Source: Hormiphora californensis
Taxonomy: Eukaryota; Animalia; Ctenophora
Direction of reading: 5' to 3'
Assembly: GCA_020137815.1 (NCBI GenBank)
Contig: CM035352.1
Location: 2,170,001-2,234,000 of the forward strand
DNA length: 64,000 nt
Shown: in pieces, positions 48,901 to 60,738 of the stretch
Layout: every line of letters begins with the position of its first letter
Numbering within the stretch: position 1 is the stretch's first letter
Made by a program: the position numbers and the translations under genes
Notes under the pieces: generated by a model
The model's input: only the letters and a program-made list of their open reading frames with translations
Told to the model about the DNA's origin: nothing
Database searches by the model: none

Positions 48901-51900
48901 CATTTATTATTTGCTGGACAAGCCCTCAAAAATCCTCAAAAATCCTCAAAAATTTTTCGTTCTATTTAAACATAAACACAGCAAATGCCTGATAAAAAAC
49001 AATAATACAGTCGGACCCCGCACCGATTTAGTGGCCCCCGATTTAGTGGCACCCCGATTTAGTGGCAGGATTTTTTCCCCCGATATAGGAAATTAACATT
49101 ATTTGACCCCGATTTAGTGGCAGGATTTTTCCCCCGTGGATGCCACTAAATCGGGGTCCGACTGTATATTTTATATTTTAGAGGTATAAAATGCACTGAT
49201 TATCAATTCAAGTGCTCTTGCCTGTGCTCTTTGGCTTCCCAAACTTGAAGTACTGCTTTCTTTTAGCAAAGTTATTAACTTCACATGCTTGACAAGACCC
49301 TGATTTTCAAAATTTTAGATAAATACGATTTTCAGTCAAATATGCTGCTAACTTTGTCCCAAAAATCAACGATTTTGCTGCCTAGTAAGATAAATGTCTA
49401 GAAAATTTTTAGAAATCATTTAGAAATAATTTATAAAGTTTTCAAAAGTTTTCAAAAAGTGTCCCCACCCGGGACCGGTCGGGAATCGAACCCGGGCCTC
49501 ACGCGTCAGAGTGGAGGCAGCACAGGCAGCACAAATTTACCCCATATTTACATTGACGATTTCGCCTCATTTTGAGGACTTTTGAGGATGTTTTTAGGAC
49601 CATCACCAGGGTATCTGGGAAAATTGTCTAACTGTTTTACTCCTATTAAAGGTTGACAAGATACCTAAAACTTTTCGTATATCGTCTTATTTTGATTTAT
49701 CATTAATTTTCAGCATTTTTTCAGAATTTTTTGTCGGCTAGAAATATGTGCAAAATAGGGGGTCTACTGACAAATGAGTGTGCCTTTTTTAAAATTGATA
49801 ACGTAATATCTCCGGTTCCTGATGAGATACAGAAACCGTTTTGGTAGCGTTGGAAAGGTCTTATTGAGACCAATCCAACGCAACCAAGATCAAGTCTTTA
49901 TCTTTTGAGGAACCGGAAACGTGAATTTCAATTTGCGAGACGCAGTGAGTGTGCCCAGTAAAACCAGTGCTGACAATATCGGTAGACCCCCTATTTCGAA
50001 TTTTTTTCTAGCCGACAAAAAATTCTGAAAAAATGCTGAAAATTAATGATAAATCAAAATAAGACGATATACGAAAAGTTTTAGGTATCTTGTCAACCTT
50101 TAAGGAATGTGTATGCCCAATAATATGCGTAATCGTCAAAATTTTTGTAAAAACTATAAAATAATTGTTGAGGATTATTGAGGATTTTTGAGGGCCCTCA
50201 TTAATTCGAAAAACGCTGGACAAGACCTCATCCTCATTAATTATTGGCCGGCACCCCCCCCCCCCCTATTTGCATGCACTTAGTAGGAACCGACCGAAAC
50301 AAGTAAACAACCAATCAGAACTCGTTATTTAGGTCACGTGACTGGTTATCAGCCAATCAGGGACCAGTATTACCTGATCATGAGGGATCGTATCCAGGTG
50401 CTGTTCTTTTCTCCCTCCCCCTCATCTTCACTACCACTACTCTCATTCTGTATCAGCTCCATACTGAACTTACTAGTCGCGATACTCCTCCTTGAGAGAG
50501 ATTTCTGCAGGGAGGGGAATGGGGATCAGAGATTACCAGCTGGGATTTGTGAAATTGTGGGGGTTGTAACTTCTATTACTGCGTATTATTGTTGAGTAAC
50601 ATAACAAGCATATATTAGTTAGGAAGTTTGTGAGATTACTGTTATTGCAGTAGATAGATAGTTACTTCTAGTTGGGAAAGCGTGGGATTGTTCCCCTAAA
50701 TGCTCTCTCTCTCTCTCTCTCACCTCATCGGACTCGGTCTTCAGGAAGATAGCTGGTACATGTCCAAACAACTCATCAACGTTCTTCAGCAAGAACGCCA
50801 CGACATCACTTCCAGTCCGGGCCCTCTCTCCATCCGCAATAATGGATAGCGCCGTGTCATCTGTCCGTTTATACTGAACCAAACTGGGTCCGATACTGAT
50901 TGCCATGGCATCAAGATTCATCTTATTCACCTCACTGGCATCAGTGACACGTTTCAGGGTGTGGAATGTGTACCTGATAATCAACATGTTCCTCTCTGGA
51001 ACCTGCGCCAGGATCTTCCTCATCTCCTCCAACTGTTCACTCTCACCCCTCCATCGTTCAAACTCAGGGAAGAGATCCATGGGAAAGAGGACCCTCTGGC
51101 TAGGGTCCGGTAGTAATTCTTGAGAACAGAGGCATGCAACCCTGGGCACATGACACCGGGCGGTGGTTTGTTCTGTTAACCAGTCAACTGTATCCCCCTC
51201 ATCAAGCCTGCCCTCCAGCCTCATTTGCTGTTTCTTGTTTCCCGGGATCCTGAAAATACCATCTGACTCGTAGCAGGTGGTGTAGATGTAGAGTAACAGG
51301 TCAAGGAGCGGCTGGGCGATTTGCTCGGCATTAGGCATGAACTTCTCCAGGCATATACCAAACATTTTCCCGCTCCCCAATATAGGTCCCTGTCCGTACT
51401 GATGGCTAGGGGGAGGTAGTGTGGCGTTGCTGTTGCTGGTGATTCCGCCCCCTCGACCTGTCCCGCCGCGGCCACCAGCCTTCCAAAAAAGGGTCGTTAG
51501 ATTGGCAGTCCGGGAGCGGAGAGAGGAGGAGTTGTTGGGCTCCGCTACACCCAGATTGTGACGCAACACAAACAAGACCTCGATATTCTTGTTTTCCTTG
51601 AACTGTATCGAGGAGAGGATATCCATCTGAATCAGTAGAGGTAACTCCATGGTAACCAGACTCTCCTCAGCTTCGATACTACTACCATCCCGGATAATGA
51701 ACTTGAGGGTATAATGGGTGTCCTTTAGTTGGAACTTGCTGATAGCCCCCTTGATCACATCCTCTACAGTGTGCTCCAGAGCCACGGGCAGGTCCTGGCA
51801 TGCCATTCCCTGGCGATCACTGGGAACAGATAACAGAGCACTGTCACTGCCCTTGAAGTAGACCTTGATGGATCCCGTCCTGGGTAGGCCGTCCCGTGAT

Positions 51901-54900
51901 TGGTGGATGTGTCGCCTCATCACCGCTAACCAGTGTTTCTTGAGGTGCTTGTTGGGAAAATGGAAGATGGCACGTTGGAGGATCTCGTCGTCTGCCAGGC
52001 CCTCTGTGGCCAGCCACCCCGCTATAAAACAATTCTCCTGCTTCTCAACCTGACCAAACCCAACCAAGTCCGTATAGTTTGTCACCCACATGTTTCGTAG
52101 TTTCACTATCCGTGAAATCTTCATAGCTTTCCTGTTGTGTTTTGTCTTCCCAAACACTAGACACTGTTTAAAGAGATGGAGGTTGTAGTTATGGACCTCA
52201 CTCTCCCACCTCACCTTCACCTTCTCTTCACTCCCCATGTAGAAGTCACAGGCGCTGTTTTTAGGCCGTTTTGGAGATACCATACCAATCATGATTTGCC
52301 GTTCTTCCTCCCGCTTCAGGGCGTTTAGGATATCAGGCGCTATTGTTTCCTCTTTGTACTTCCGACCTCCGATCTCAAATGTATCTCCCTGTGTTTCAGC
52401 GGCTTCAGTGGCCGCCATGGCATGTTTCACCCTCTTATAACTTTTTCTGTTCCACTGTTTACTGTTCTCTGGTTCCTCATGCATTGTGACAATGTAGTTG
52501 GAAAATATCTTGGCAACATCACCACCCAAAATTCCCTCGATCCGCTTATAGCCATCCACCTGGCGCCTCTTGATGATGTCCTCATAGTTGCCGGGAATGA
52601 GACCATTGACCTTCTTCTTACAATTCATCACATCGTGGAAATCGTTGTGGCAAAAGAGGGCATTGCTGGCATTCACACTCTTTATCAAGAAATCCTCAAA
52701 GAAATCTCGATAACTCATCAGACGACCAATCTAGGGGGAGAAGAGAGAGGGTGGTAAACAAATCGATAACAAACACGGTAACATTGGAATTCCTGAGTGC
52801 TTTAGTAGCTGCAAATATACAAAGACTACTTCAACTAACTAGTAAAATAACTGGCGAAGACCCAGCGGTCAGTACAGAGCGCTAGAATTATGGAACGTTG
52901 GAGCTCAGCAAGGATTGAGTCTCTAACCCCTCAGTCCTCCCTATTTTTTGTTTATATTTTATTAATAGCCTCGAAATAGACAATTCAGCCCGCAAAGCAA
53001 TAGACGCTATTACTTGCATTTATTCCTAGAAATAAATTTCTGCAATCTAATGATATTCATACATATCAGTATATCACGGACATATTTGCATTCTTTCCTA
53101 ATGAAATATCCACCACATAGGCTCGATATAATTCTAGCTTGCAAGTAGAAACTCTTACTTAGCATGAGGGGGTGGGGGTGAGGTGTTAGGGGAGGCTTAA
53201 TTTACTGTCCCTCTATTTTCGTGTTTGTTTAGGACATCAAACTAATGCCGACACCACCCCCATATCATGTGAACTATGCATTATATCCCCTATTTGTTCC
53301 CCTGCAGGTTCAATATTTTCCGCGGGTCAGTGATTTAAATTGTTATTTATTTCCGTTATCGCTCCGATAGAATATTCCTAAAGCAGAGTCTGATGGGGAA
53401 ATATTACCCACTAACACACCCTTATCAATAGCAGTAAAGTAAAGCTGCGGTCCCTATAATGGTAAAGGAGATGACCTGGCTTGGGCCCAAAATTAATATC
53501 CCACATAAAATCATTTAAAGCCGATCCCCCAGCCGTGGAATATAAAATATTTGCCCCCATGATCTTTACCGGCATAAGAATGAGATCCCGTAGAGACACA
53601 GTATCCATGTCCTGGGTGGTAGAGATTAGGGATGCGAAATCGTATGTTGCCATCTTCTCATCGTACTTCCTAGATAAAACAGAATGGAATAGCTCAGGGG
53701 AAATAAAATGGGGTAATAAAGGGGTGAACTTCCTATAGGGTGGGATTAGGGGTTTAAATCGGGCATGATAGCTCGGGGATATACATACTAATATTACACC
53801 ATGTGGGGGTAAAATCGGGGATTACAACATGCATCGGAGTAATAAAGGGTGAGGGGGAGAATATAGGTGTCAAGGTGGGAACTGGGAACTCGTGACTGAA
53901 TAATAGGGTGATAAATCACCATTTCTTTCAACAAAATCCCTCTCTTTTTCTATGAAATGTTGGAAATGAAATGCTGCTCATTAGTATAACAGGGAGCAGC
54001 AGCTATAACAGCGGTACCCATCTGCTACATATCTCTGTTCCTCTTTTCTCTCAACCCATCTTTTATTCTGTCATCTCTATCTCTATCTTTCTCTCTCACA
54101 CATCATCTTCTCCCAAATGCTGGCACATCTCAAAAAGTCCTTCGTCCGCAAAAGTCTGGGTGTCTCACTCTAAGAAATGTGCATGCGCTAATAGTAACAT
54201 TCCCCTCTCCCCTCATTTCTCACTAAATCTTTCTCACTCTATATGGATGGCAGGACTCAGCAGCTCAGAATTAAAGTGAGATCATTACTTTTACTAAGGA
54301 GAACAAAAGAGAGATCGTTACACTATGCAAGGAGAGATCGTAAATGTCAATGTCTCACGTGTGATGGCTGCACGGTAGTCGGGAAGGGTTTGAAGCTAGA
54401 ACATCTATCGACAAATTTGAAGATGATACACGTGGATTTTGTGAATATAAACATGACCTATAAAGTAGCTTTCCTGTCTGGTATGTGCAACTCAGTACGG
54501 AATGTGGTGACGTATTGATCATACTAAGAACCGTTCTACATTTTTAACACTCCGCCGGGAGCGTGGAGACAGTAAAATATAACTAGGAAGGGCACAAACG
54601 ACAACTCTTGTACCAGTTAAAAGAATGGTAAATTACTTACTCAAGTGCGGACTCCAAGTTATGACAAAAGTGACTGTAAGTCTCCCACAAGACATCATTC
54701 TGCAAGAAGATATCACCTGGCCGGGAAACATGTAACTGACAATGGGTTAGGGAGGAGTATTTGTTTGTTCAAAGCAGGGTGTGGTGAGACAGACATTAGA
54801 CAGGGTGGAGTAAGCCAAAAGAATATATTATGGCATATCTATAACACTGGGTCATGAAGGATAATGATTCAGTACAGTATCAGTATATTTACCTATTTTA

Positions 54901-57900
54901 GTATTACTTTCAATATATTTACCTATTTTAGTGTTACTTTCATCCCACTTTTTCAGCTTGTCTTCCATCTAAACCGCAAGTTAAGATTTAGAAATTCAAC
55001 TAGTACATATATCGTCAGAAATTGGAAATTCTTACATGTGATATTATTAATGGAATATCTCTTGAATATTACGGAATATCATGATAATGTACAGTCGGAC
55101 CCCGATTTAGGGACCCCCGATTTAGGGACACCCCGATTTAGGGACAGGATTTTTTTCCCCCAAAAATTTTTTGAATTTTTTTTGTGAAATTTTTTGTGAA
55201 ATTTTTTTGAAAAATTTTCAAAAAGATACCAGCCACGTCCGAATCGTGTTTCGAATCAGTGAATCTTATCGCATGTCCTGCTGCTAATTAGAAGTTTCGG
55301 AACGAACCGATACGTGATCCCCATGCGGCCATTGAATCACAAGTTCACCAAGCGTCAAAATTTCGATTCGATGGGGATCACTTTTCGATTCGTTCCGAAC
55401 CGTCTAATTAGCAGCAGGACATGTGATAAGATGTACCGATTCAAAACATGATTCGGACGTGGCTGGTATACGTTTAAAAAATTTTACAACTTTTTTGCAA
55501 AATTTTACAGTACGATTGTCAATGCTTTGATCGGTGCTCCCCATAAATTTTGAGAGAAAAAGTTATTTTGAAATTTTCATACTTCCTAACCCGGTTAGGG
55601 TGCCCCGATTCGGCATGGTATCACGTATCGGTTCGTTTTGAACCCGATAATTAGACAGGACATCCAGTAAGCTGCACTGATTCGAAACACAAATCGGACG
55701 GGCTGGTATAACTTAGAAAATTTTTCCACATTTTTTTTGAAAAAAAATTATTTTATATTTTCCTATTTCTAATCAGAAATGATCATGTCATCAATATATG
55801 AATATTGCATATATAACAGTTAGAGGTAGTCTTAATAATATAGCATATTGGGCATAAAATAGGTTTTTATGGGTCAAATATGGCTCACCCCGATTTAGTG
55901 GACACCCCGATTTAGTGGACAAGACCCTTTCCCCCGAGGCTGTCCCTAAATCGGGGTCCGACTGTACTACATTAACCGTAGTATTATGCACTATGCTGCA
56001 GGGACATCACACACACACATCACCCACACACATGATATTGATCAAGCCTTGATCAAGCCTTGATCAAGGCTTGATCAATATCATGTGTGTGGGTGATGTG
56101 TGTGTGTGATGTCCCTGCAGCATAGTGCATAATACTACGGTTAATGTAGTACATTATCATGATATGTGAGCGCTGCAGATAACTTGTGCCCTGTTTAATA
56201 CGCCTAACTGGTTAGAAAGCAAGAACCCTGTTTAAACACAAGGATTGTTGCTGTTCGAGATATCCGATATAAAGATAGTGCTAATACATCAGATCAGTAC
56301 TGTGGGAATATGATATGCGCCTAGATATATCGAATCCAGTGGATCGCTTGGTTACTTCCTTCGTTAGCCCTTTGGGGACGATAAGCCCCCTGTCGACAGA
56401 ATTCTCTAAAACTTTCTGGAGACACTCACTTTGAACCTACTTGAACGCATGAAAAGGAATTTTGGTTCTACCACCTGTATTTCTATTGGGTCACCTGTGA
56501 CCCAATCGTCCCCTAACGCTAAAATAGGAATTGAGATTTTGCCGCTATTTTGCCCGATAACTCGAAAACCGCTCATTTTAGACCCTATGTTTGTTCAGAA
56601 CACTTATATAAACCCGGCCATTCTGCACAGTTTGCACACCATATGGGCCTCTCTATCTCATCTGTAGCCGATTTTAGAATTTCAAAATTGGCCGAGATGA
56701 AAAATTTTCTGAAGGAGCACGGATCTCAAAAAAATTTTCATCGACTCCCTAAGATGTTGAGATAACAATGATGGAGTCGGTTAGTCGCTAGCACCTGTTT
56801 AAAAAATGCCGTTTTAGACTTTTATCGGGGGCCATTCCTTTAGAAATGCTCGTAAAATGCAAATTTCTGTTTTAGCGTTAGGGGACGGTTGGGTCACAGG
56901 TGACCCAGCACTTTGAAGGCCTCTAAGAGGCACAAAATTTGGAATATCACCCTGAAACTTTACCCCGGGGTAAAATACACACTTTTCTTGCATTTTCCAA
57001 GTCCATTTTAAGTATACTCGTACCAATTTTGAGGTATGGCCATTAAACTACCCATTTTGCCTACCAAATGCACTGTTTTAGCCCTGTTTTCGGAAGACGA
57101 CAACTGCAGAGGCTCAAAACGACCTCAAAATGCTAGAAAAATGTATGGTTCAACCCTAGAAACGATTTAAAACTTTCAAATATGGTCTAGAAAGACGCTA
57201 TATGGGTTCAAAGTTGTGGGTCACCTGTGACCCAATCGTCTCCAAAGGGTTAAACAAGCATTGAAACTGGAGGGTTGGAGTAACTCATATACAGTGCGGC
57301 ACATTAATGTGTTTGTATCTGATTTTTCGGAATGACCAGTTGGGCTATTAAACAGTAATCACGACATATTAATTGTATTACGGAATATCTTGACGTCATG
57401 TAATTGTGACATTATTTAGTAGTACCTACCTTGTCAAACATAGCTGCACTGATTTCTATGCAGTCCTTGATGCGTGTTAGCATCATCTTATCCAGTTCCT
57501 CGCTAGTAACCACATATGTCCTGGGAGAAATGGGGTTATCATCGGTATATAATAGGATATATGGATTAATTTAGATTGTGAAAAGATTCAGTAATATTCA
57601 TGCTTTATTATGTACTGCTTTCAATGTAAAAGATGTTTAACTCCATGCACATCATGGTGGAGGGGCTGAGTGGTTCACACACTGTTCACACACTGTTCAC
57701 ACTGGGTTCACACTGGGTTCACACTGGGTTCACACACTGGGTTCACACTGGGTTCACACACTGGGTTCACATTGATTTCACACTGGGTTCACACTGGGTT
57801 CACACACTAGTTCACACACTGTTCACACTGGGTTCACACTGGGTTCACACATCACACTTGATTGCCAAGCTTTGCCCGGGGGGTTTAATTGCTGTACAAA

Positions 57901-58761
57901 CCCAACTGTATTTAACTGCTTTTCATAAAAAACACCCCGATCATTGCAGCTAACACATGCTAAGTTGATCTCTAAAATCTGCAAACCTAGATACGGATCC
58001 TGTTTTTGAGTTCCCAGTTACAGGCAATTCCACCTGTTCCCCGTGAGGTGCCCCATCACACAACAGACTGCAGGAGAGCACGTGGCCAGATGAACACGTG
58101 ATGTCCATATATGGTGTTGTGCCCATATTTGGACGTAACATGACACCAAATATGAACTGTGAGTGGTAGTAGTGTGTATGTGGCAGTGAAGTGCCTCGTC
58201 AGGAGGGTATTATTATACCTCTTGCCTAACAAGGATTGTCCTTGTTAACACAAAAAATGGAAAGCATCATACACTTTTATAAAAAGAGAGAATGAAGAAT
58301 GCAGGCAATGAAAAAGAAAATTGTCTTTGATGCAAAAATGAAAGAAAAAGTTAAATACATGGAGTTTATTTTAAATTAAATCTTTCTTTCTATCTCTCAT
58401 ACTGCATTTTCGGAACGTGTTCGTCTCGACATTGCGCATCGCGGGCTGTACCAAACCCGGGTGAACAAGCTAACAATAGTGCAATTACATGCGCGCGATG
58501 TACTATATCGCATGGAAGTTCACTATTGTTAGCTCGTTCACCCGGGTTAGCTCGTTCACCCGCGACGCGCAATGTCGAGACGAACACGCTCCGAAAAGAG
58601 AGCATTATGCTCTCTGGCCCTTTCTCTCTAATGTACCTTAATTGTACGATGTATAGATCAGAAAGGGATGTTAGTTGGTCACGATACTTTTTCTCCGTCA
58701 ACTTTAGATCATTAACACACGCGTACAGGCTGTTTGGACCTGAAAGGAGGGATCTGTTCAT
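45914..58761 (-). CDS. DH(RhoGEF)-PH-RA-RhoGAP protein, paralogue 1 (ARHGAP20-like core plus N-terminal DH). Approximate exons 58761-58636, 57520-57431, (one likely missing), 54709-54651, 53669-53570, 52730-50724, 50504-50374, 48611-48431, 48312-47980, ~47875-47641, ~46602-46500, 46289-46100, 45990-45914.
   Basis: DH: YACVNDLKLTEKKYRDQLTSL, ETYSHFCHNLESALE|KY, SLRDLILMP|IGRLMSYRDFF. PH: YNLHLFKQCLVFGK..KKHWLAVMRRHI. RA: GSIKVYF..TVEDVIKGAISKF..ELPLLIQ..LFVLR. RhoGAP: MFGICLE..DGIFRIPG..NKMNLDAMAISIGPSL. The final exon ends ESYV*. Confidence 0.8.
46608..47440. repeat. 47-bp tandem minisatellite (~17 copies, some 49-bp variants)
   Basis: Unit CAGTGGTTTGCAGGGGTCAATGTTTGGTGTGCTTTAAAATCAGTGGG; near-identical contiguous copies with no spacers. 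Confidence 0.95.
49008..49164. mobile_element. 157-bp Tc1/mariner(pogo)-type MITE
   Basis: TA|CAGTCGGACCCCG ... CGGGGTCCGACTG|TA; same family as 55092-55964 and a fragment near 46417. Confidence 0.85.
49470..49520 (-). other. tRNA-like fragment (T-arm/B-box), probably SINE-derived
   Basis: Minus strand GAGGCCCGGGTTCGATTCCCGACCGGTCC; a complete cloverleaf was not found. Confidence 0.4.
49650..50099. mobile_element. 450-bp MITE with TTAA TSD and AG...CT termini (Kolobok-like)
   Basis: TTAA|AGGTTGACAAGATACC ... GGTATCTTGTCAACCT|TTAA; ~95-bp perfect TIRs. Confidence 0.82.
55092..55964. mobile_element. 873-bp Tc1/mariner(pogo)-type non-autonomous element
   Basis: TA|CAGTCGGACCCCGATTTAGGGAC ... 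GTCCCTAAATCGGGGTCCGACTG|TA; internal inverted segments. Confidence 0.88.
55965..56165. repeat. Near-perfect ~200-bp palindrome/hairpin
   Basis: TACTACATTAACCGTAGTATTATGC...TTGATCAAG(CC/GC)TTGATCAA...GCATAATACTACGGTTAATGTAGTA. Confidence 0.92.
56368..57249. mobile_element. piggyBac-like non-autonomous element
   Basis: TTAG|CCCTTTGGGGACGAT ... ATCGTCTCCAAAGGG|TTAA; subterminal palindrome GGGTCACCTGTGACCC in three copies. Confidence 0.6.
57672..57850. repeat. 11-13 bp tandem repeat (GGGTTCACACT)
   Basis: Read directly. Confidence 0.9.
58407..58597. mobile_element. Palindromic MITE-like element
   Basis: TTTCGGAACGTGTTCGTCTCGACATTGCG ... CGCAATGTCGAGACGAACACGCTCCGAAA. Confidence 0.6.
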
Positions 58762-59088
58762 CGCGATTTAGAGTTATAGGAAACGAATCCGGACGAAGCT
58801 GTTATATTAGATAGATAGTCTAGAGCTAAATCATACGAGTGATTGTTATGTTCTAACCCATCTTTTACGGGGCCCGAGGGCGAGGTGAAAGAGGCCAGGT
58901 TCAAGCAAGGCATATTATATGAGTGATATCGTACTGAACAACAAAAAACGTGGGAAGTGTGAAAAATATTACCATGGATAGAGGGAGTATCATTCGTCTT
59001 CTGCATAACTATATTTCGTCCTATCCGCCTCCTCCTCTCACCCCGCCATCTCCGCACATCCACTATATAATATGGTGAGAGAGAGAGA

Positions 59089-59161
<73 letters not shown>

Positions 59162-60027
59162 AGCCATGTTTGGAGATATATTTACAGAAACAAGGTAATG
59201 CTGTTACGCATGTGCTGTGTGCGGGGAGCACACTAGTGAAAGAAATGTAACAAACTGAGCAGCATGTGTGACAGCAGGGAAAAGAGATAGGAGAAGAGAA
59301 AAAAGATAGGGTAGTTGGAGAAGGAGGAGGAGAAAAAGATAGGGTAGTTGGAGAAGGAGAAGGAGAAGGATGAGGGAGGTCATAAAAGAACCAGAGAAGG
59401 TTGTGTTGTAACTATGGCTTCACAAAATACGTAAAGAACACTCCCAATAAGTTCCTAGCTGAACTTCTCTCTTGTTCACATAAACCTTCTCAATATTATA
59501 ATATGCAGGTAAAGCCCATAAAAATCTCCTCTATCGCCTTTTCCTCTTTCCCTTAGAGCTGTGATACAAAAATAAAGCCAACATACACAGATCCAAGCCA
59601 ATATTTTATACAGTTGAAAACAGAAATTAGCCCCATCAGTGTAAGAGCAAAACATACAAAATAAGAAAAAGCGAATAAAACTTTCAGAAGGCATGGTGTT
59701 TCGAAAATTAACACACGCAACACGCATAACAACTCATTTACACGAATTACCTGCTGACCATGTGTTGAGTGTGTGTGTGTGGATACAGGGCGGGGGAATA
59801 AGGAGGGGTAAAAAAATAATAAATATATATTCGCAGTTCTCAAATATTCAAGGATGTATAAAATGTCAAGTAGATTGAAAACAAATATGAAATTTGGCCC
59901 GCATGCATAGAAATAAAGCAGTTATAGTATGAACATGTATACACTTTCGAAGTGGGAGTAACAAAAAAGAAGCAGCTGAGATGTCTCTGATCTCCCTCTT
60001 TTTCCCTCATTACCCCTCTTTTTTTTT

Positions 60028-60080
<53 letters not shown>

Positions 60081-60161
60081 TTCTCTCCCCCTCTCTCTCA
60101 CTCTCTCTCTCTCTCCTAAGAAAACAGATGCGGGATGACACCAGTCTCGTGTTCCTCCTTT

Positions 60162-60228
<67 letters not shown>

Positions 60229-60233
60229 GGAGT

Positions 60234-60268
<35 letters not shown>

Positions 60269-60400
60269 GAAAGCGAGCATGACTCATGAGATCCATATCA
60301 ACATCTTGACAATGTTGTCGGAGAAATTTGCCTCAGATCACAAGCGTCAAGAGTAGCTCGACAGTATCCTTCTCCTTCTTCTATCTCTCTCTCTCCTCTC

Positions 60401-60462
<62 letters not shown>

Positions 60463-60738
60463 CCTCTCTCTCTCTCCCATCTCGTGGAACGTGCTACAAC
60501 AACAAGAGCTCTGTACAATGAAGGGAAATGGCGCCAGTCCAATAGCACATACAAACTGGAATTTACACACACGAACACATACCCCGCACGAGTCTCATTC
60601 TCTCTCTCACTTTTTCTCTCTGTCTTTCTTTCTTTCTCTATCTCTCATTCTCTCTCTCTCCAACTGCATCCAATTAAAGGTGGTTAATTACCCCCATTTA
60701 ACAGACTCTCTCCCCGCAACAATTACGTCTCCTCCTCC

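Larger units (their letters stand above)
48846..50266. mobile_element. Composite non-autonomous element with degenerate TIRs containing nested MITEs
   Basis: GGGGGGGTTCCGGCC..ATGAGGA vs TCCTCAT..GGCCGGCACCCCCCC; subterminal AAATCCTCA / TGAGGATTT repeats. Confidence 0.5.

Noticed and set aside
49470-49520. Functional tRNA gene
   Set aside because: Only a T-arm/B-box is recognisable, with no acceptor-stem or D-arm pairing, and it lies inside a repeat.
56355-56414. Candidate missing DH exon (KVLENSVDRGLIVPKGLTKE, - strand)
   Set aside because: Phase fits, but it overlaps the terminus of a piggyBac-like element and lacks clear DH motifs; unsupported without RNA data.
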